Of a stretch of DNA of 64,000 nucleotides, positions 52,968-64,000 are shown in pieces. The DNA comes from Podarcis vaucheri (lineage: Eukaryota). Location of the stretch: NCBI GenBank assembly GCA_965113315.1, contig OZ220375.1. The stretch is one strand, 5' to 3'. The notes under the pieces are model-generated. The model saw nothing but the letters and a program-made list of their open reading frames with translations, was not told where the DNA came from and ran no database searches. The position numbers and the translations under genes were made by a program. The first letter of the stretch is position 1. Every line of letters begins with the position of its first letter.

Positions 52968-53864
52968 GTAAGTATGGCAAAGCTGGAGCTGGAAGGGGTC
53001 CAAAGAGCAACAGCTAAAGTGACTGGAAATATGGCTTGTCATCTCATGTAGAAAACATTTGTAGAACAAATTCTTCTTCTAACAAAGCCATCTTCGCCTG
53101 GTGCTGAAATGGCCACCTCTGCTACTTTTTCAAACTGCTGTGTAAGTGAGAGTAAACTGCCTGTATTCCAGTCCCTCTGGCAACTGCACAGAATTTGGAA
53201 GAGAAGTCAACTTTGCATCACTGGCAGGCAGAAGGCAAGAGACAGCAGGAATTCTCCTGCTATTTGTTTCTTACCTTTTCCAAAGCTCTGCACAAGTGAG
53301 CCAAGACTTCTTCCCTTCTCCAGGCTGCAGTGCAAAGAAGTCTGAAAGAGACTTCTAGGAGTCATGGGTACTTTCCATTGGCACCTTATATTGGTCCACA
53401 CAGCTCACTATTGTCTCCATTGGCATGCAACAGGAGCTTTCCGAGGTTTCAGACAGGGTTCTCCCTGCCTCTGCTTGGAGATGCCTTGGATTGAATCTCA
53501 AACTTTCTATGTAGAAAGCAGATGTTCTGCCATTAAGCTACAACCCTAATCCAGGGATTGTGCTGGTCGTGAGGCTATAACAGAGTGGCCTCTGAGAAAA
53601 CAGAAGCTAGCCACCTCTGGATTAGAGGATTATGTGGAGGATGGCTGGGAGTCAAACTACCTTGGGGACCTTACCTGCTGGTTTAGAGGCTGGACCACCA
53701 GATCATGTAGATAAATAAGGGATGGCTAGCACAATGCACCCTTCATGTTACCTTTTCCTGCAGCATCTGACTGACAACTGCTAGGCTAGATGAATCTTTG
53801 GTCTGATTTCCCCTAAGGCAATTTTTATTTGGGCTCTCATCCCACTGTCTGCCTTGGCTGATCA

Positions 53865-53907
<43 letters not shown>
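53865..53907. repeat. (AAT)n microsatellite
   Basis: Direct reading. Confidence 0.95.
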
Positions 53908-54293
53908 GTCACATTTCCGAGGGCTCAGTTGTAGGTACCTCTCTGAGAGGCAGAAGGAAATGTAAGAAAAACAAATCTGTTGCTAATAGTTAAAGGACAT
54001 TATAGAGAAAAAGGCCATTCTTTTAATACCAAAAAAATCAAATAGCAAGCATGCTCTTTGCTGACACAGCCTCACCTGTTGGGGCAATTAAATCTTTAGT
54101 TCGGTCATCATAATGCTTAAAAGTTTGCATTTCCAGTTTTCATGGCACAAAGTGTCTACAGTATAATGCTAGTGCTGCTTTAACAAAATGGCCAGCAGAG
54201 GGAGACAGCTTGGAAAAAGAGCCTGAGATAAGAAAATGAAAGGGGGGGGGGGCAGGAAATCTCAGAGCAACACTCTCTCTTCTCATTATGCAG

Positions 54294-54394
54294 ACCAACA
54301 GCAAAGCCTTTACAGCCAAGACATCCTGTGTACGCAGACGGTACCGTGAGTTCGTGTGGCTGAAGAAACGGCTGCAGAAAAATGCCGGCTTGGT
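54294..54394 (+). CDS. SNX11: SNX11 PX-domain exon B
   Basis: tgcAG|[33 protein letters not shown](V)|GTAAGT; 101 nt. Confidence 0.96.
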
Positions 54395-55308
54395 GTAAGT
54401 GTGAAATGGCAATCTTTTCAAAGCCTGCTGTACCCACAAAACATCACCAGGATAGGCAGGGCCTATGCCCCAATATAGCTCTGTTGAAAATAAAACTAGC
54501 TGAGGGTTCTAAATGCATTTGTTTGAATGGAAGCCTTTAAAATGTGCCTAACAAAGAGTGGCTCATTGGGAGAGCGCATGCTTTGCATGCAGAGGATCCC
54601 ATGTTCATTCCCTGACGTCTTAAGTTAAAAGTGATCTGAGTAACAGTGCTGGGAAAAGGATCCCCTGCCTGACACCTTTGGAGAGCTGCTGCCAGTCAGA
54701 GATGTTAATGGCAAGAAGGAGCAATAGCTACCTTCTGAATAAGGCTGCTTTATATGTCAATTTCTTTTGTTAGAACTTAGAAGAGGCTTGCAATTTACCT
54801 TTTGCAAAGTTCATGTTACATCTACTCACTTGCAAGTGAGCCCAGCTCTGATACTGATCTAGCATCTGCTCTGATACTGATCTAGCATCCTGGAACCTAC
54901 ATAACTTTTCTGTAAACCCAGCTTGATAATTTAGTGCTGAGGACCATTCAAAGACATCAGCTTCACCTTGCAGAAATGCTGAGTTTTTCGTAAGGGGACC
55001 CGTCATGCGCTAACAGCTCCTGTCAGGCTTGTGGAAGATGTGCATTTCACTAATGTGCGTTTGCCAGTTTCATTGCCAAAATCAAAGGAGTCGTGTGAGA
55101 GTTTGCTGGAAGTCATTTTCATTCCTGACAAGAGCAAAATGCAGGAGGTAGCTGGTAGAGCTAGTAGTTTTCAGAGGGATCCCTTTTCAATAGTGCACAA
55201 CAAACTCTTGGAATATAGTCAGAGACTGGAAGCATCTCTTTTCCTATTAACGTGCATGCAACTTGACAGGAGTGTCTTCATTCTTACGCCCCCTCCCCAA
55301 TCTTTCAG

Positions 55309-55407
55309 GCCTGTCCCAGAACTTCCAGGGAAGTCCACCTTCTTTGCAGGCAGCACTGATGAATTCATTGAGAAGCGGAGGCAAGGGCTTCAGCAGTTCC
55401 TGGAGAA
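55309..55407 (+). CDS. SNX11: SNX11 PX-domain exon C
   Basis: tttcAG|(V)PVPELPGKSTFFAGSTDEFIEKRRQGLQQFLE(K)|GTGAGT; 99 nt. Confidence 0.96.
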
Positions 55408-55954
55408 GTGAGTAGAAAGTAGGAACGAAGGTGGGGGAGGGCAGAGTTATGTGCTTGGATGCTGTCATACATTTGGCAGAAATGTGGGTATATGTTGGGC
55501 TTCTCCATAAGAAAGAACGTTCCCATGAACAGTTACATTAATGTGTTCCATTCCCCATAATCTGCCCCTTTCTTTTCCCCTTCTGGCCTGGGATAAGTGC
55601 GTTTAGCTTCAGTTGCACTTCTTTTTTAATTCTTATCCTGTCCTCCTGTTAAGAAGCTTTGGGTGTAAGGTGAGGTCACCCTGCTTTATCTTTGAAAGCT
55701 TTCTGTAAGGTAGCCTAGGCCAGAGAGAGACGGGTGCCTTGGCCTAGGGTTACTCAGAGGACTTTACGGTGGAAGGTCTTCTCCTAGTCCAATACATTCA
55801 CTTTGCTATCCCGGCTCTCACTTGTGGAGACTGACTTAGAAATGTAGTTGGAGTGAGCAGCAGTTAGCCCAGAGTGAGCAGAGGGAGGGCAACACCTCCC
55901 TTCCTCCACTTGGCTGATCCCCACTGCAAGGAAGGTGCTCTATTTTGCTGTCAG

Positions 55955-56128
55955 GGGAAGCGCAATAGCTCAGTGGTTGAGTACATGCTTCACATGCAGC
56001 AGGTCTTGGATTCAGATCCTGTTATTTCCAGGTCGGCCTGGGAAAGACTCCTACCTGAACGCAGGAGAGCCACTGTCAGTGGACAGTACTGAACCATTGG
56101 TCGGACTTGGTATAAGGCAATTTCCTGT
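55955..56128 (+). mobile_element. tRNA-derived squamate SINE
   Basis: A box TAGCTCAGTGG, B-box-like GGATTCAGATCC. Confidence 0.6.
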
Positions 56129-56515
56129 ATATCTCATGGCCCTTTAAAACTTGGAGAGTTAGACATGCCAGCTCTGTGGTGCTGTCTTTCAGTATGTGGA
56201 AAATACAACATAGCAGTTATGTGTTGTGTTTTTCCTGGCCTCTACAAAGATGGTGTGCAGATGTAATCATTCAACCTGAGTATTCTCCAGGTATCTCAAG
56301 CAATTTGTTGGAAATAACAGTTTGAGAAACATTATATTTTTAAAGAATAGTTATACCTTACATTTCCACTTAAAAAAACCCTGCCACAATACCCAAAGTG
56401 ACTTCCAACATGTTTTAAAGTAGTAATGGGTTAGATCAGGTTGGGGAACCTATAGCCCTACTGTAGTGTACTGTACTGTGGGATCACTCGTAGCTAAGTA
56501 AGATTGTCTTCCATG

Positions 56516-57197
56516 CAAAGGCATAGCGTGGAGAGTGCCGTGGGTGCCATGGCCCTGGGTGCAGTTTTGAGAGAAGAAGAAGAAGAAGAAGAGTTTGGAT
56601 TTGATATCCCGCCTTTCACTCCCCTTCAGGAGTCTCAAAGCGGCTAACAATCTCCTTTCCCTTCCTCACCCACAACAAACACTCTGTGAGGTGATTGGAG
56701 CTGAGAGACTTCAAAGAAGTGTGACTGGCCCAAGGTCACCCAGCAGCTGCATGTGGAGGAGCGGAGACGCGAACTCAGTTCCCCAAATTATGTGACTACC
56801 ACTCTTAACCACTACACCACACTGGCGCAAACGGGCACCCCCACAGCAGGCTCCTTCATTGGAGACCGGCTCTGCGCCAGAAGCTGCGCCCTGGCTGCAG
56901 CGCTTGGGGCTGGCGCAGCTCCGCCCCCAGGTCAGGCCTGACCTGAGGAGGAGAGCAGGCGAGTGGGTGGCAGCACTGTCACCCACCCTCCTCAGCTGCG
57001 GCACACCTCATGCTCAGTGGCAGCGGCTCTCTCGCTGGGTCACGTCTGACCCAGGCCTGACCCAGCAGCAGAGAGCAGAAAGAGAGTGGGTAGCAGCTTC
57101 CCTGCCTCTCTCCTACCTTGAACTGTGGTGCATGGAAGGGTGCCCTCCACACCCCATGCGCCTGCCCCGGGCAGCGCGGGCACACGCTCTGCCACTG
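56516..57197. mobile_element. hAT-type element containing a nested SINE
   Basis: Degenerate TIR caaaggcatagcgtg / cacgctctgccactg; exact 8-bp TSD CTTCCATG at 56508-56515 and 57198-57205. Confidence 0.75.
56571..56826 (-). mobile_element. Squam3/POM-type SINE with a (TTC)n tail
   Basis: Reverse complement closely matches the copy at 51958-52270. Confidence 0.85.
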
Positions 57198-57205
57198 CTT
57201 CCATG

Positions 57206-57505
57206 AATATGGTTTTAACAGTGTGTCTGTGCGGGCCAATTCTGGATCCGTACATCCTTCCACAGCAGGGACATAGGTTTCCGGGCGGGAGTAGATCACA
57301 GTGAGGATTTGCCAAATGTGCCTTCCTCTTAGCTCATTTCTCCCTTTCATCCTGAGTTTGTGCCTCTTCAAAGTCCATGACGCCTTTGGTAGAGGCTATT
57401 CTCCAGCTGGAGCACTCGCAGGCCAGTGCTTCCCAGTTGTCAGTGTTTATACTGCATTTTTTGAGATTTGCCTTGAGAGAGTCTTTAAACCTCTTTTGTT
57501 TAAAC
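57206..57505 (-). mobile_element. RTE-clade LINE 3' fragment
   Basis: QKRFKDSLKANLKKCSINTDNWEALA..SSWR followed by a CPCCGR..SRIG..H zinc-finger remnant. Confidence 0.8.
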
Positions 57506-57952
57506 CTCATTACACTTTCCATTCTTAAGCTGGGAATAGAGTAGTTGCTTTGGAAGACGATAACCAGGCATCTGAACAACATGACCAGGCTGCTGGAATA
57601 CAACTCCCATGAAGTCTTAACTTGATGGCGGAACAGAACCGTCCCTACCATTAGGCTGAGAGGTTGTCACTTTGAGCAGCAGATGCTTGGAGGTAGACAG
57701 CAGTGGCAGCCTTCACTGAACCCTATGATTGTTCTCTTTTGTAGGGCAGAGGTTTGCATGCATTTGGCTTATCTCTCACTCCTTTAGCTAGCCTGCCGAA
57801 AGCTAAGACTTGGCTATGTGGAAGAGAAGGGCAGGAAGGGCTGCTTGATCTGGGAAGAAGTCCGAGGGAATGCTCTTTTGTACAGAAAGCATGGCTTACC
57901 AGTTTGCTGTCCCTTTGGTTTGGTACTTACCACCTTCAATTTTCCTTTCAAG

Positions 57953-58165
57953 GGTGGTACAGAATGTTGTGCTGCTTTCGGATAGCCAGCTGCACCTCTT
58001 CCTCCAGAGCCAGCTCTCTATACCAGAGATTGAAGCTTGCGTCCAGGGTCGGGGCTCTCTGAGCGTCACAGATGCCATTCTCCATTATGCCATGTCAAAC
58101 TGTGGTTGGGTGCAGGAAGAGGACAGCCATTCCGCTCTGCTGGCCAAAGGGGACTGCAGCAGCAG
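57953..58165 (+). CDS. SNX11: SNX11 exon D (extended PX helices)
   Basis: tttcaAG|(K)[34 protein letters not shown]...[12 protein letters not shown]...|GTAATC; 213 nt. Confidence 0.95.
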
Positions 58166-59470
58166 GTAATCGGAACTGGGTTTGTTGGTGCAGTTTGTAC
58201 TAGATGCTGAAAACTCTGAAGTGAATCCAGAATGAAAACAGTTCCCATCTGGGGGAAAGAGAGCTGGATTGGAAGAGGAAGGTCAATATTTGAATGGGAA
58301 ACCAGAGACAGGGCAGAAAAAGTAGAGTAGTGCCAGAGTTTCCAGGAACACCATGCTTTGCACCTCCTCCTCAATCAAGTGCCACCAGCCTTCTCTTTAA
58401 TCAAGCGGGCAAGGCTTAGACATCACCAAGCAATTAACCACCACACTACAGGCTTTTTCAATAGTTGGATTTCATCATTTCCTGTAATCTTAAAAAAAAT
58501 GGTTATGGTTTTGAGCCAAAGGGGGGTGAACTAAATTATGGTCTTGAAAGCTTTTTCCCCTTTCAGATATAGTTTTGTTGAATTTGTTATAATATGTGTG
58601 TGTGTGTGTGTTTAGTGAGGCTTAAGTTACTGAGTACAGTATTTTCTGCAGTATTTTCCTGCTCATCTACAATTGTGTGCTGTTCTTCCATCTCCCGCTC
58701 TTCCTTAATTCACAGCGGTGCTTTGATGTTAGACTGGCTATGGTTCTTGACCAGTCAAAACAGCTACACCATACTTCCCAAGAGATGAACTGAAACATTC
58801 TTCCATATCACACAGGATTCCTGGGTGTGCCATTTTAAAGTGTGGTGCTTTGTCTCTCTAAGCAACTGTGTGCATGGGGGAAGGGGGAATGGGGCAATCC
58901 TAACCATATTTCTCAGAGCAGGGGTGAGCAGAGGTAATGCTTGCAGGATCTGTTTTGGTTTTTACTAGAACCCCAAGATCTACCAATCAGAGTCAGGTAC
59001 AAAAAACCCCCATTGGAATTAAATTGAATCTGTCGTCAGAAATTTGTTTTCAGTACCAGAACGGGGGGACGGGGACACACATACACACACACACACACAA
59101 TTTATTGTGCCCTCTTTCCAGCTTTCTTAATAACTGGGGTGGTGGATGGGAGTTATCTGGTTGTTGCCATTGTTAAACAATTGGAAGCCAAAAACGCTTG
59201 CTGACCTACTTCAAATCACCTAGAGCTCTCCCAGGAGATCCTGATGTGCCATCTGCCCACCTCTGTCTTAAACGATACATTGGCAGTGTAGGTGTAAATG
59301 TGTTTGGTCTGATTCCAAACCAAGGAACTCTGGGATGTATAGTTCTGTGAAGGAACCAAAGATTTCCAACAAAGTATTATCTCTCTTCTCTGCCTTCCCC
59401 TTTTTCTTGAAACCCAACCCTAATTTTCTCTTACCTCCTTGTTTTGAAACCCAACCCTCTTTTCCAAAAG

Positions 59471-59603
59471 CTCCGTGGAATCTCACCCTCACTGGAGTGA
59501 CATCAGCATGGAAGACAGCCAGTTGGAGAGCCCGGATTCTGAGGAAGAGGAGCCACTGCCCGTTGACTCCGTAGCATCAGCTGACCTTGTCAAGGAACAG
59601 TGA
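59471..59603 (+). CDS. SNX11: Probable SNX11 terminal coding exon (acidic tail)
   Basis: Long pyrimidine tract ending aaAG at 59470; phase-2 compatible, reads (S)SVESHPHWSDISMEDSQLESPDSEEEEPLPVDSVASADLVKEQ*. Confidence 0.7.
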
Positions 59604-61429
59604 GAACAAGAAGGAAAAGGGCTCTGTCCAGGATGTGCTTGGAGCTCATCTCTAGCCCTTTCCTGGAACTTGCATTGCCTGTCAAAACTCCAGGGTCCAA
59701 CTCCTATGCTGTAACTGGTGACCTGAGTGGGCGACCAGCCTGGACCAAGGCCCGAGAAGCTGAAGCTCACGCCTAGGAATACTGCAGTAGCTGTAAATTA
59801 TATGATGTAGCTCCTGTTTTTGCAGCCTGATCCTGCCTTGTAGAAAATGAGCTGGCTTCCAGCAAGGGCATGTCAGCCTATCACTTCTTATCCCACCTTC
59901 TGTAGATTTTGGCAAACAGTCCTACGCAGGAAGCTGCTCGGTTTTGTTTTGGCTGCGTTCCCTTTCTCTCCCTCCTCCTCTCCATCGCTGATACGTGTTT
60001 CTCGCAGAGGCCCAGCTGTCTTTGGTTACCCTGTAGGCGTGTCAAAAACAGTTCGCCTGGGGTTGGACTTTCCTTTGTTACAGAGAGCCAGAGAGCCCAC
60101 CTGCTGGCTGTGGATGCCAAGCCCACATCTGGGGTTCCCTGGTGGAGCTGCATGCAGCTGGGATGAGTGGCTGGGCACCCTCGCCAGCTCATTAGCACCA
60201 GAGCTGATTCTTCTGGTTAGAGGGTGCGAGCGTTAAGAACATAGAGGGGGGAATGAGGAAGTTATTCTGTAATGCTCTTGTGTGTTTGATGCATGCAACC
60301 CATCATCTGCTCTAGAAATAAGATGACCCCTCCATAGCCCCACCACTGTGTATCTTTGTGAGGGTATTAGATAATTTCCTTCCAATTGTCTTTGCACAGA
60401 CAGTGGACCAACCAGAGATCTTACAGAGATCCCCTGACTTGCCCATTCTTCTTTGGGTAGAAGATAATGCAGAGCTAAAAGAAATGGGCTTAAATAGGCT
60501 GGGAGGCCTGCGTGAAACATTTCTTACTTTTTCTTTTTTGCTGTTTCTTCTCCTCTGTCTCCATTGCCTCTCAAAGTTTGGTGTACTATGAAATTAGGCT
60601 TCTGGTGATACCCATACACTTCCCCGAAAACCCTTTTTAATGAAAGTTGGGAAGTTTCTTGCCCTCCAACATCAACTCTGGTGTCTGGGTGCTTTCTGCT
60701 GTAACTTGCAGATTCAGTCTGTGGGCTTTGAGTTTTGAAATGGCAGAGAAACTCCTCAGTTAAAGTGCTTTTACCTTTTTTTCAGACCTCTTTCTCTCCC
60801 AATAACTCAGTAAAACAAACATGCAAGTAGAACTGCTATCACCTGAAAAGCTCTGGTCATGCGTTGCTTTTAATCGTTCATTCTCCCACTCCCCAGTCTG
60901 CCACCCAGTTATGACATATTTTCTTTTTAGATGTGGAACTGAGGAGGGTGCAGAAGAGCAAAAGAAGCAAGTGTCCTCTCTTTCAAGTTCTGGTGGTGTA
61001 TATAGAATGGTGTGTATAGAAAGTAATAATGGAATATCCTATTACATCCATCAACAGACAGGCCAAGTTCAGATATACATCTCTCCAGTTGTTGACTTTC
61101 CAGTCATTTTGACCTTAGGATGTAAACTGCAAGGCCCTCTTCACAAGTGGTGGTGGAAGGGCACGTCCTCTTGCAGGATCTTATAGCACGGAGATCATGG
61201 GAGCATCCATGTGAGGGTGGTCAGTGGCATCTGTCTGTCCCATTTTATCAGAGTCCGCCCCCTTGAGTACTGATGAAGCAGGAAGGGAATTTGTTTCATT
61301 CATGCACACTCTCCAACAGCCACAGATTGCAGCACAGAGAAGGAGATCCCTTGCTGCAACAGGTGCACAGAGAGAACATCCTCTAAGATACTGTATATGT
61401 GAATTTTCAGAAATGTGTATACTTGCAAA

Positions 61430-61435
61430 AATAAA
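61430..61435 (+). terminator. SNX11: Candidate SNX11 polyadenylation signal
   Basis: AATAAA preceded by TGTA elements, about 1.8 kb after the stop. Confidence 0.45.
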
Positions 61436-62242
61436 AAAGGATAACATTTCCAGGCGATGTCCATTAACAGTGCTTTGCTTTTTACCCAACCTGAGAATGT
61501 TTGATTTAACATTTTCTCTTACAAGCAGGGCTTTAATCTGAGGCAAAGGTAAAACATTGTGCAAAATGCAGTTCCCTCGTGAATAACCTCTGCTAACCTC
61601 ATCCCACACTCATAGCACCTATCATATTATGCATGGATTGCCAGTGGATAGTTCAGGTGCTTGACTAGGGGCATGTTATAATAGGAGGAGTTAGAGCCAA
61701 TCCAGGTTAAATATTATTATTATTTAGGAGACATGGGAGATTCCAGTGTCCCTGGTAAGGTTTTGGTTAACCTTTCACTAAAGGCATAAAAAATGGGCAG
61801 CCCTGAATACAAAAACAGGGAAGGTCTCTTATGATATCGGGGCAAACAGGATAGTGTTTTGGTGATGGGGTGATCTGTCAATTAGTTTTCACTTGGCATG
61901 GATATGTTTCCTCGGTTGAAAGACTGATATGTCTGGAGGTAGGAAAAGGTTTTACTGGCAAGTGGGATAGGTCATGAATCTGGGATTTTAAAAAATCTTG
62001 TAGCAGCTTTCGGGGATCTGTGGCTGTCCAGATGTTGTTGAATTCCAATTCCCATCAGCCCCAACCAGCCATAATTTGCTTAGTAAGCTGTTTTCTGTCA
62101 CGAACCTGGCCTCTGCTTGTGGCACGTGGTATTTTGGATTATGTTGGTGTTTGGGCTGTTGCTGGATACGTGACTTTGTTTTGTAGGGATTTACACCCAA
62201 ATGGACTTCTAGTCTATTTCAACTTGATGATTCATAGCTGCA

Positions 62243-62430
62243 CAGCATAGTAGTTAAGAGACAGAAGTCCCCCAGTTCAAATTTCAGCTTGGTCAAGAAG
62301 TAGATTTAAGAGATGGTATTATTCACTGGCCTTGCCTCTCTGCCTGTAACATAGGGATAATAATGCTGGTCTTCCTTACTAGGGATGCTAAGGATTAATG
62401 AGATCATGTATATGAAGTGCTTTGAGCATT
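62243..62430 (+). mobile_element. Old MIR/CORE-type SINE
   Basis: ctgtaacatagggataataatg...aggattaatgagatcatgtatatgaagtgcttt resembles the MIR 3' end. Confidence 0.55.
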
Positions 62431-62531
62431 TAGGGACAGTGATATGTATCTATTTAAGTTCCTCTATATTATTTCAGCTTCATAGTTGCTGCTGCAGCAT
62501 GGCTCCTTTTTATGTACTATGTATCTATTTA

Positions 62532-62758
62532 CAGTGGTACCTCGGGTTAAGTACTTAATTCGTTCCGGAGGTCCGTTCTTAACCTGAAACTGTTCTTAAA
62601 ACTGAAGCACCACTTTAGCTAATGGGGCCTCCTGCTGCCACCGCGCCATCAGAGCACAATTTCTGTTCTCATCCTGAAGCAAAGTTCTTAACCCGAGGTA
62701 CTATTTCTGAGTTAGTGGAGTCTGTAACCTGAAGCGTATGTAATCCAAGGTGCCACTG
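62532..62758. mobile_element. Tigger-like MITE
   Basis: TIR CAGTGG(T/C)ACCT, TA TSD; paralogous to 45831-46048. Confidence 0.9.
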
Positions 62759-64000
62759 TAAGTCCCTCTACGTTATTTCAACTGCATAGTTGCTGCTGCA
62801 GCATGGCTCCTTTTCATGCCCTTCTGGTGCCAAAAGAACCCAAGGTCATGTGCAAGGGGGTTGCTGGTGTGCTACTTCTGACACAAGTACTTCTGACACA
62901 AGTCTTGCTGTCTTCTGTTAGAGTCTTAAGTTAGTGGAGCACTGTAGGAAGTAGTCATGCGGCTGAGGCTATATCAGACTAGGCACTCATTATTACTTAA
63001 AAAAATTGAGATGCGATACCTCTGGAGGCCCTTCACCACCGCCCCCAAATTTCACATCTCCTCTGCCTCTCCTTAGTTATGGCTTTACATTGCAGGGGGC
63101 TTTTGGGCCTGGTGCGCCGCAAAAGGGATCAAGCCAAATGCGCAGGTGGAGGGTGGGCAAAGAGGACTTTGAAACCTACAGAGGAAAATTCTCAAAATGT
63201 CAAAAGAAGTTCACTTCAAAAAACAAAAACAGAATAAACCTCTCCTCACTAGCCAGATGCTCACTAATGACAGCTACTCTCCTGATTGGCCGGGCTGCCT
63301 CATGAATATTGATGAGAGCGCATGATCCAAATGGCGCAGCTGTGCAACCACCTGCCCTTGCCAGCTCAGCTTTCGAAGCTTCCAGACAGTCATTCGGAGC
63401 TGTTCGGAGATTTGATTTCCCACCCTCCTGAAAACTCAACACAAGTCTTCCCTCCCCTTTCCGCATGGTGCTCTCTCTCTTCTCGAGTGTATTTGGAGAG
63501 AGATGATGAGACAACCAGTAGGGAACCAGTGCAAGTTAGGCAGGGCTTCATTTTATGCCCAGGTTCAGGCCAAAGACACTTTCAGTATCTATATTGCCCT
63601 ACAGATTCAGGACAAACCAAAGTTTGTGCAATCAGTAGCAGACATTTTGTAGAATGTGTTGATGGCTTTTTGGCTTCCAGGCACATAGCAGAATGAGGTG
63701 GCAGAGTCCAGAGATGCACTTCAGTTTATAGGTGCTGATGATGCTCATTTTCCATTGTTTCTCCATGCAAAAACAACCAAGGCAACTCCTTGGAAGAAGA
63801 ACAGAAACACTGCCAGGAGAGGCCTGCACTTAAGTTATTGACATGCTAGCTTTCTCCATGCAGGAAGTCTTAATTTCTAAGTGGGGGAGTATTTTTCCCC
63901 CAGCCCCCTCCACCTGCAGTCTGAAGTAGTACAGTTCAGAACTCTTACCACCTCATTCTGTGCAGTTGAATGGCTCCTATCCTGAGTTGGGGCGGGTGTT

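Noticed and set aside
54845-54889. 23-bp-period tandem duplication (and a 15-bp one near 62873-62902)
   Set aside because: Ordinary slippage duplicates in non-coding DNA
61600-64000. SKAP1 3' exons expected by synteny
   Set aside because: No SH3-coding or otherwise recognisable SKAP1 sequence in the window

Overview
Vertebrate nuclear DNA, very likely a squamate reptile, probably a lacertid lizard (Sauria SINE, Squam3/POM-type SINEs, lizard-type hAT and Tigger MITEs, L1, RTE and Penelope fragments). It holds the conserved NFE2L1(+) / CBX1(-) / SNX11(+) block found beside the HoxB cluster in amniotes. NFE2L1 (Nrf1/TCF11) has five coding exons (5149-28917, 764 aa); its promoter and exon 1 lie upstream of the window. 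CBX1 (HP1-beta) has four coding exons (36590 to 32385, 185 aa) and a CpG-island first exon near 42.5-42.7 kb. SNX11 has five recognisable coding exons (52881-59603); its start-codon exon was not identified and there is a 200-N assembly gap at 51309-51508. Most of the ORF track is noise. I found no convincing wholly new biological system. The best leads are: an N-G-S sequon in Nrf1 where other CNC proteins have D-G (possible NGLY1 N-to-D editing site), apparent loss of the Nrf1 FBW7 phosphodegron, in-frame alternative first exons and a tandem NF-Y/RFX promoter-like module in NFE2L1 intron 2, a Penelope-borne minimal hammerhead ribozyme in intron 1, and a TSD-flanked L1 beside the CBX1 promoter. 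Comparisons with human or other orthologues are from memory and need checking.
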